Shown here piece by piece: positions 53,041 through 61,409 of a stretch of DNA of 64,000 bases (positions within the stretch are counted from its first letter, which is position 1; every line of letters begins with the position of its first letter). Both the position numbers and the translations under genes were made by a program. The notes beneath the pieces were generated by a model. It was not told where the DNA came from. It saw only the letters and a program-made list of their open reading frames with translations, and ran no database searches. Origin of the DNA: Malacoraja senta (lineage: Eukaryota); assembly GCA_038087875.1 (NCBI GenBank), contig CM075998.1, forward strand, positions 4,652,001-4,716,000, in the 5' to 3' direction.

Positions 53041-53204
53041 GTATCCCTCATGACTGCCGCTAAATCACAGCCTAAAGATGTGTTGTCAAGCCTGTACGGT
53101 CATGGTTGAAACTTAAACTTCCAAGTTTCTGTCAAGGTTATCCACTAAGTCATGGTTATCACTAAATACGAAGTGCCATATTGTCCTGGCTTCAAACAAA
53201 AGCA

Positions 53205-53531
53205 ATTAGAGTCACAGGGATACAGCACGGATAAAGGCATTTAAGTCTAAGCCAACTAATCAGCATTTATTTTACAGTAATACTTCATGAACTCATTGTA
53301 TTCTCCCCACCTTTTATCTATTCTCCATAGATTCCATCACTCACCTATACATGGGACAATTTACAGCAGCCAACCTGCACAGTTTTTTGGGATGTGGGAG
53401 CACCTGGGAGAGACCTGTGCAGTAACAGGAAGAACGTGCAAACTCCACGCAGACAGCACCCGAAGTCGGGATTGAACCCGGGTCTTGAACTCTGAGGCAG
53501 CAGCTCTGTGACGTGCGCTACTGTGCTGCCC
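53205..53531 (-). mobile_element. V-SINE (HE1-like), degenerate
   Basis: Family similarity. Further degenerate copies near 54755-54980 (+) and 58905-59150 (+). Confidence 0.65.
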
Positions 53532-55794
53532 CTAATTCTGGGTGATCATTTACTGTCCTAGAAATAAGACTGAAATTTGTATCACATGGGCTGCAAAGCA
53601 GGATAATAACAATTTCATGTAAAGGCCTAAAGGTATCAATATTCAGCTGGGCACAAGGCCAAGACGTTGGGAACAGACCTTGCATGTGGAAACTCACATA
53701 ACAGTCCTTCTTTGGCAAATTCCTAGCACTAATAATAACTTTATTTGTATAGCACTTTTCATACAACTGAATGCAACCCAAAGTGCTTTTCACAAAAACA
53801 CATGACTAAATAAAAATAGAATTTAAAACAGGAAGGACATAGACAGTTAATAACATAAAAAGCACATATTTATATAAAATAAAAAATTTAGTGTAAAAGG
53901 ACAAAAAACATAAACACTGATGTCAAATGCTGAGATAAATACAAGATAATTTGTAAAAGGTAATTTTTACAATGTCATCAGAAGTAAAGTCAGTTAAAAG
54001 CTTGATTGAAATGCTCTTCTCTTGAAGGAGGTAAGATCAGGCATTAGAGATGGATTACATATGGGATTGGTTCATGCTCGGTTAAAAAAAAATCAAGATG
54101 GGCATTCTTTTGGGAGGAATCGGATCAACTTGTTGAGGGGGGCAAGGACTCAACTAGGGAGGATGAAAGAAGATTGCTTCGAAACTGACATGCCAACAAC
54201 TGGATTGATCAGCCGCGGAAAACATTAATACCACCCGTGGCCTCAAATGTTATTGAACCAATGATGGCTAAAGAGGGAGGTTGAGGGCATTGAGGTGAGA
54301 TGGGTGATACAAAAGATGCTATAAACACATAATTGTCCTGGCAGCAACCGACAGATGCTGTTGCCAGGACAATGTGAATTAATTTGCCTGGCAGTGATCC
54401 AAATAGATCCCCCCCCCCCAATGTGTTTCTGGCACCAAAATAGCAACACACAGACATGTAACTCACACTAGGAAGCACCCAGTTGAATTTATAGCTTGAT
54501 GCGAAATGACCTGCATATGGTTGTTACCATATTCCACTTCATCAGCCCTGTGGAACCAAATCTCTCGTCTGCTTTAAAACCAAACATGACACAGAAAGCC
54601 TTGTTTGGTTTTAAGTGCAACTACTTAAACACCACCTATAGAAAGGTATGAAACAGCCACTTGGCAGAGAAGCACAATCAGATGGAATCATAGATTTATT
54701 ATGGCACAGAAGGCCTTTCCATCTGCTTGAATGCCTGCTAGAAATGCCTCAGAACGCCAATGACCCGGGTTCGACCCTGACCTGATGTGCTGTGCGCATG
54801 GAATTTGCGCATTCTCACTGACCACATGGGTTTCCTCCGCATGCTCCGGCTTCCACCCACATCCCAAAGACGTGTGGGTTTGTAGGGAAATTGGCCTCTG
54901 TAAATTGCCCCTAAGTGGAATAATGTAGAACTAATGTGAATGATGGTTGGCAGAGACTCCGTTGGCCGAAGGGCCCCTTTCATTGTTGTAACTTACAATC
55001 AAAAACACAGCGCAGGAACTGGCCCTTCGCCTCACAATGTCTGTGCTGCACATGATCCCAATTTAAACTAACCTCTGCCAGTACATGGTCCATATTCCTA
55101 TCTAAAGGCCTTTTAAACGCCACTATCTTCCACCACCATTCCTGGCAGCGCGTTCCTGGCACCCACCACCCTGTGTAAACAAAAACATCTCCTTTAAACT
55201 CCCCCCACCTCTCTCACCTCAAAGCTATGCCCGACAGTTGTTGACCTTGCCACCCTGAGGAGGGGTGTTTCTACCTATCTGCGCCTGTCATCATTTCAAT
55301 AACTTCTGTCAGGTCGTCCATGCACAAGCCTCTTTCGCGCAAGAGCAAACAATCAAAGTACAGCAATTGCCCCAGTCCCGACCTCAGGATCTTCGACCTG
55401 CTGAATGTTTCCAGCATTTGTCAGTGCCGTTGCCCCCACTCTGTCAGAAAAGATGAGTTCTATCCCGGAGAAGCAATATATTTAAGGCTGGGGCTCTGAC
55501 ACCGTGCACCAGTCTTTACTCTGTGGGCAGAGGTTGTAAACAACGGCATCGAGTCATACAGCGTGGAAACAGGTCATTTAACCCAACTTTGCCTATGCTT
55601 CCGAACATGCTCCAGCTGCAATAGCCCCAGCTGCCTGCGTTTGGCCCGTATCCCTCTAAACCTGCCCTATCCATGCACTCGTCCAACTTTAAAATGGCAT
55701 AAAAAGAAGAAAGATAACTAAAAACGAACGAATCAAACCAAATCAAAGCGGCGACTCGAGTTTTCTACCATAACACGGATGTATTCAACACGGA

Positions 55795-56792
55795 GTGTTT
55801 AAGAAGGAACTGCAGATGCTGGAAAATCGAAGGTAGACCAAAATGCTGGAGAAACTCAGCGGGTGCGGCAGCATCTATGGAGCTATCGAGACACATAACG
55901 TCACCTATTTCCTTCGCTCCATAAATGCTGCCTCACCCGCTGAGTTTCTCCAGCATGAATGAAAGAGATGTTACTTTTTTTTGCATATCTTTCACTCATT
56001 GTTCGGGAGTTCAGCCCGTAACATGGGGGAGCCGAAGGTAGACCAAAGTGCTGGAGAAACTCAGCGGGTGCAGCAGCATCTATGGAGCGAAGGAAATAGA
56101 CAACGTTTCGGGACGAAACCCTTCCGGGTTTCGTCCCGAAACGTTGCCTATTTCCTTCCGGGTTTCGTCCTGAAACGTTGCCTATTTCCTTCAGGGTTTC
56201 GTCCTGAAACGTTGCCTATTTCCTTCTGGGGTTCGTCCTGAAACGTTGCCTATTTCCTTCCGGGTTTCGTCCTGAAACGTTGCCTATTTCCTTCTGGGTT
56301 TCGTCCTGAAACGTTGCCTATTTCCTTCTGGGGTTCGTCCTGAAACGTTGCCTATTTCCTTCTGGGGTTCGTCCTGAAACGTTGCCTATTTCCTTCTGGG
56401 GTTCATCCCGAAACGTTGCCTATTTCCTTCTGGGGTTCATCCCGAAACGTTGCCTATTTCCTTCTGGGTTTCGGCCCGAAACGTTGCCTATTTCCTTCTG
56501 GGGTTCGTCCTGAAACGTTGCCTATTTCCTTCTGGGGTTCATCCCGAAACGTTGCCTATTTCCTTCTGGGGTTCATCCCGAAACGTTGCCTATTTCCTTC
56601 TGGGGTTCGTCCTGAAACGTTGCCTATTTCCTTCTGGGGTTCGTCCTGAAACGTTGCCTATTTCCTTCTGGGGTTCGTCCTGAAACGTTGCCTATTTCCT
56701 TCTGGGGTTCGTCCTGAAACGTTGCCTATTTCCTTCGCTCCATAGATGCTGCTGCACCCGCTGAGTTTCTCCAGCACTTTTGTCTTACCTTC
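55795..56792. mobile_element. Penelope-derived composite insertion containing a minisatellite
   Basis: 15-bp TSD TGTATTCAACACGGA (55780-55794, 56793-56807). Confidence 0.78.
56126..56736 (+). repeat. 34-bp minisatellite, 18 units
   Basis: Unit approx. GGGGTTCGTCCTGAAACGTTGCCTATTTCCTTCT; unit starts at 56126 and 56704 are 17x34 apart. Confidence 0.95.
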
Positions 56793-57021
56793 TGTATTCA
56801 ACACGGATATCTCTAAACCAAACTAAACTAAGCAAACCTAAACTAAACTAAAATAAGTAAAACTAAACTAAGATAAGCTAAAAAAATAAGCTAAACTAAG
56901 ATAAGCTCAAATAAGCAAAACGAAAGGAAGATAAGCTTAACTAAACAAGGCTGAGCGAAGTAAAAAACAAAAGCTATTGACAAGTTTGTGCCATTGCCGC
57001 TTTATTTGCAGCCTTGCCTGT

Positions 57022-57090
57022 GGGCGGGCCGGTGACGTGATGACGTGGTGACGTGGAGACGCTGTGCGTGGGTTGAGTGAAGATGGCGGC
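57022..57090 (+). promoter_or_regulatory. SPRYD4 proximal promoter: GC box, three tandem TGACGTG(A/G) sites, YY1 motif over the ATG
   Basis: GGGCGG 57022-57027; TGACGTGA TGACGTGG TGACGTGG 57033-57056; AAGATGGCGGC 57080-57090. Confidence 0.7.
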
Positions 57091-57170
57091 GGGGAGGACG
57101 GTGTGGGGAGGAATGGGAATGGCTCGGCTGCTGCAGGGGAGGCGCTTTCCCAGTGGCCAACCCAGGCGCT
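57083..57170 (+). CDS. SPRYD4: SPRYD4 exon 1 (Arg-rich N-terminus lacking acidic residues, like a mitochondrial presequence)
   Basis: aagATGG start, MAAGRTVWGGMGMARLLQGRRFPSGQPRR, T|gtaagt donor. Phase 1 matches exon 2; spliced product 208 aa. Confidence 0.85.
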
Positions 57171-57333
57171 GTAAGTATGTTAGTGCAGGAATCCCCTCAC
57201 ACCTGCATAGTCCGCGTTTCCGGCTGTGTGCAGCTCAGGGGGCCCGATCTTTGGGCGTCCTTTTTTGCGGTCAGGGCGATCTTTTAAGGTCAGGCCACAC
57301 AACAGGCTCCCCAGACACTGGTGTGATAATGAC

Positions 57334-57471
57334 CTTCTTCTTTCGTGTGGCGTGCACAGCCTAAAGTTGCAGGACAACTTGTTCTATTTGATCTTATTTG
57401 ATTGTGCACGCCAGGTTGATTGCATTCGTCGAAACAGGGCGGACCACGTGAAGGTTGCAATCACACACCCC
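57334..57471 (-). mobile_element. ~138-bp non-autonomous retroelement with a ribozyme 5' end and (AAG)n tail
   Basis: Starts at ribozyme G1; 3' domain closed by TGGCGTGCACA/TGTGCACGCCA; ends GAAAGAAGAAG. No TSD recognised. Confidence 0.55.
57418..57471 (-). ncRNA. HDV/CPEB3-like self-cleaving ribozyme (minimal P4)
   Basis: Minus strand GGGGUGU-GU-GAUUGCA-ACC-UUCACGU-GGU-CCGCCCU-GUUUCGA-CGAA-UGCAAUC gives P1 (G1.U wobble), a 7-bp P2, a 3-bp P3, L3 UUCACGU and J4/2 CGAA. Confidence 0.8.
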
Positions 57472-58031
57472 GTGTTTCTGTTAGACAATAGACAACAGGT
57501 GCAGCAGTAGGCCATTCGGCCCTTCGAGCCTGCACCACCATTCAATGTGATCATGGCTGATCATCCCCAATCAGTACCCCGTTCCTGCCTTCTCCCCATA
57601 TCCCCTCACTCCGCTATCTTTAAGAGCCCTCTTGAAAGTATCCAGAGAACCTGCCTCCACCGCCCTCTGAGGCAGAGAATTCCACAAAACCTCAAAGTGC
57701 TGGGTCTTCAGCATCAACGACGAGAGAATTTGATGTTAAACGTTAACTACTGTTCATCGTCATCTGCCTTTATTGATGCTGGTTCAATAATAAATGTTGA
57801 CTAAAATGCTGAGGATAACTCGCGTTCTTCAAGTAATGCCATGGGACCTTTTTTGTCCATAAGGGAGAGTTGACATGGCAGAGGATAGACACAGAGTGCT
57901 GGAGTAACTCAGCACGACAGGCAACATCTCTGGAGAACATGGATAGGTGAGGTTTCTGGTCGAGACCTTTCTTCGACCTGAAATGTCACCCATTCCTTCT
58001 CTCCAGAGATGTTGCCTGTCGCGCTGAGTTA

Positions 58032-58602
58032 AAGGCCTGTCTCACGAGTCTGCGGTCATTGGCGGCGAAACAGGAAGAATCTACCGCTCCTGGGCCGCCA
58101 TAGACCGCGCACTCGGTCAAACGCACAATTCCGGGGCCGTGCGGCGTTGTTCCCAACACCGTACGGTGCTAAAATAAAACCAACACTGTTCAAAAAACTT
58201 TTCCTACCGCACAGCCTCCGCCAGTGAGGCACGAGTGCGGCACGGCCGCCGCCACAGCCGCCGCCAGTGGCACGAGCACCGTGCGTCGAAATTGCACCGC
58301 CACAGCCTCCGCCAGTGAGGCACGACCGCCGCCACAGCCCCCGCCAGTGAGGCACGTGTGCGGCACGGCCGCCGCCACAGCCCCGCAGATCCGAAATGAC
58401 GTCATCTCAGTCAGCCCGCCCTTTTTTTTAAACTTACCGCAAGCTCGTGGGACCAGCCGTATTAAATCACTCGGCCCCCGCGCAGCATCCGTGCGGCGCT
58501 CCCGTGGCATAGGCTCGGCGCTCTCATCGTTGCCGTGCGGTCCCCTCTACCGGCGACGCCGCGCTTCACCGCCGATGACCGCTACACCGTGAGACAGAGC
58601 CT
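58032..58602. mobile_element. PIF/Harbinger-type MITE, CpG-rich with internal GC-rich tandem repeats
   Basis: Termini AAGGCCTGTCTCACG / CGTGAGACAGAGCCT; TTA on both sides. Confidence 0.75.
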
Positions 58603-58605
58603 TTA

Positions 58606-58803
58606 AGGGCCTGTCCCACTTGGGCGTCATTTGCGTGTCACGCAGATGGCGCGCGAAGATTTTGAACATCCCAAAATCCTGGGGCGCCGCGCACGACCGT
58701 GCGTCACTGCCTACGTCACCATGCGCGCATCACGTGCGCGGCACGACGTGTAAATTATGTCACGTAAATTACGCGCAAATGACGCCCAAGTGGGACAGGT
58801 CCT
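58606..58803. mobile_element. PIF/Harbinger-type MITE
   Basis: TIR AGGGCCTGTCCCACTTGGGCGTCATTTGCG; TTA TSD. Confidence 0.85.
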
Positions 58804-59269
58804 TTACTCCAGCACTTTGTCTATCTTTGGTGTAAACTAGCAGCTTCAGTTCCTTCCTACACAGACTTGACATGGCCTTGGTTTAATCTCATCTCATCAG
58901 ACAGCACTGCAGCACAGCTCCAAAAACCCAGGTTCAATCCTGACCTTGACTGCAGTCTGAGTGGAGTTTGCATGTTCTCCCCGTGACTGCATGGGTTTCC
59001 TTTGGGTGCTCCGGTTTCCTCTCGCGTCCCAAAGAAATGCAGTTAATTGGCTGCTGTAAATTGTCCCAAGTGTGTAAGTGAGTGATAGAATCTGGGGGGG
59101 AGTCGGTGCGAACATGGGGGAGAATTAAAATGGGATTAGTGTAGGGTCAGTGGAAATGTAAACACACACCCATTCCTTCTCTCCAGAGATGCTGCCTGTC
59201 CCGCTCAGTTACTCCAGCATTTTGTGTCTATCTTCGGTTTAAACCAACATCTGCAGTTCCTTCATACAC

Positions 59270-59505
59270 ATCCTCTCCACATTCACTCTATCCAGGCCCT
59301 TCACTATTTGGTAAGTTTCAATGAGGACCACCCCCTCTTCCTTCTAAACTCCAGCGAGTACAGGCCCAGTGCCGTCAAACGCTCATCATATGTTAACCCA
59401 CTCATTCCTGGGATCATTCTCGTAAACCTCCTCTGGACCCCCTCCAATGCCAGCACATCCGTCACCAGATATGAGGCCCCAAACTGCTCACAATACTCCA
59501 AATAT
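59270..59505 (-). mobile_element. CR1 fragment
   Basis: ORF 59304-59501 LEGVQRRFTRMIPGMSGLTYDERL. A CR1 3' end also lies at 57482-57686. Confidence 0.8.
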
Positions 59506-59651
59506 GTGAAGTATTCAAGTTCAAGTTCACATTTATTGTCACATGCACCATTTAAGTTACAGTGATATTTGAGTCACCAGTGATATTTGGATGTGTCTTA
59601 AGCAAAGATTTTTTTTTGCGGCGGAGCAGTATGTAGCATTGTTTTTATGTT

Positions 59652-59748
59652 GAAGGTACATACAAAATGCTGGAGTAACTCAGCGGGTGAGGCAGCATCT
59701 CTGAGAGAAGGAATGGGCGACGTTTCGGGTCGAGACCTTTCTTCAGAC
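59652..59748 (-). mobile_element. Penelope-derived fragment at the SPRYD4 3' splice site
   Basis: Family arm with minus-strand CTGAAGA...GAAACGTC; 12-bp TSD TGTTTTTATGTT (59640-59651, 59749-59760). Confidence 0.78.
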
Positions 59749-59765
59749 TGTTTTTATGTTTGCAG

Positions 59766-60304
59766 ATTTAAATTTCAAACTGGATGAGAAAACTGCTCAC
59801 AATTCCTTGGATCTATTCAAAAAAGAGACAGGAGTGATCTACCGCATGATAGCTATTGACCCAACCAAAGCGCCAAAGAACCCTGAACGCTTCACAGACT
59901 GGGCTGTGGTCTTGGCTGACACGCCGCTGTCATCTGGGAGGCATTACTGGGAAGTAACAGTGAAACGGTCGCAAGAGTTCCGAATCGGTGTGGCAGAGAC
60001 TAATATGTCTCGAGAAGAATGTATTGGTGCCAATAACTGCTCCTGGGTCTATGCTTACCTCCAAAAGAAGTGGTATTCCATGGAATCCAGCGAGATGATA
60101 CCAGTCGACTTCTTTGGAAAGCCTGATCGAGTTGGCTTTCTCCTGGACTGTGAAGTCAAGACACTCAGTTTAATAGAAATTAAGAAAGCTGCTGTTGTTA
60201 GCACAATAATGACTGAGTTCAGGGCACCACTTGTTCCAGCCTTTGCACTTTGGGATGGAGAGCTCATAACACATCCATGCATGGACATACTGCAAGGCAT
60301 CTGA
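59766..60304 (+). CDS. SPRYD4: SPRYD4 exon 2 (B30.2/SPRY domain)
   Basis: ttgcag|AT TTA ... FKLDEKTAHNSLDLF...WAVVLADT...SGRHYWEVTVKRSQEFRIGVA...PAFALWDGEL, recognisably SPRYD4. Confidence 0.95.
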
Positions 60305-60964
60305 ATCCCTCCCGCCTGCCTTTATTTTGTTCACGGTGTCTGTCAGTCATTTTTAATGAAATGATTGCCTTTTAACCTGGCCCATGTTGAAGTTTATTTT
60401 CTTCTGTGTACACAGTGTTATCCTTTGACTTCACCTAGTGTCTCGACAGCTCAAGTGACTGTATCCTGTCCAGCTTTGGGTGATGTGATTTCTACTGCCT
60501 AAGAGATCCGAAACAGCTTTTGTTGACAAAATGGAAGAAAGAGTTTGAAGGAAAATTTGGTCCTTGTTAACGATGCAGCGAAAGGAATACTTTGGTGTAT
60601 GTCCCTTGTTAGCTGGGCTTGTGACATTCTCTTGGCTTTAGGTAATTAAAAAAAAACAATTCAAGAAATGCCAAAATTAATGAAAAAAAACCTTGTTACT
60701 TTTTGTTTGGCTCCTCTTGGCCTGGATTAAGACGGAAGATGAATGACATAGGTGACTGGAGCTATAATCATGAGTATTCTATCTGTTGTACTGTGGTATT
60801 AAAATTTGTGCAGCAACAGCTTACGTTACCTTCAAAGTAACAAATCATTCATTGGGGGAAGTATTTAGGATGGTTTGCCTGTGAAGCTGGAGGGTATTCT
60901 TACTTCCCAGGATGATTCTGGAACTAGTAGTAGTCTTGGCAGAATAGAATATGAGACACCAGTG

Positions 60965-61200
60965 ATAGACACAAAATGCTGGTGTAACTCAGTGGGTCAG
61001 GCAGCATCTCTGGAGACTGATGTCTCAGTCTGATGAAGGGTCTCGAGCCCAAACGTCACCTGACGTTTGGGCACGAGACCCTTCATCAGACTGAGACATC
61101 AGTCCCTTTCTCCAGAGTTGCTGACTGACCCGCTGAGTTGCTCCAGCAATTTGTGTCTACCTTCGGTGTAAACCAGCATCTGCAGTTCCTCCTTACACAC
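60965..61200. mobile_element. Penelope-derived fold-back insertion
   Basis: Outer family arms plus an inner 44-bp inverted repeat (61015-61104). Confidence 0.75.
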
Positions 61201-61409
61201 AGTGTCATATGTGATCCAGCTCGATGTGGCAGAGTTGTGCCTACTTCACAGAACAGGAAGTTCAAGTTTGTTGCCAATTTTTTTTAAATCCCTGGGTCAG
61301 ACTCCTGCACAAGTGGTGGTAGTGCAAGCCCATTGATGGATGAGAGGAATAGATCAGGTAGATGCACATAGTCTTTTACCCAGAGCAGGGGAATCGAGGA
61401 CCAGAGGAA

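Noticed and set aside
56126..56736. CRISPR-like array (34-bp period)
   Set aside because: The units abut with no unique spacers, the context is eukaryotic, and the unit derives from the flanking retro-repeat.
59511..59530. AGTTCA AGTTCA as a nuclear-receptor element
   Set aside because: It has zero spacing and belongs to a (TTCAAG)n repeat tail. No convincing DR3 VDRE was found by eye; a motif scan would be needed to exclude one.
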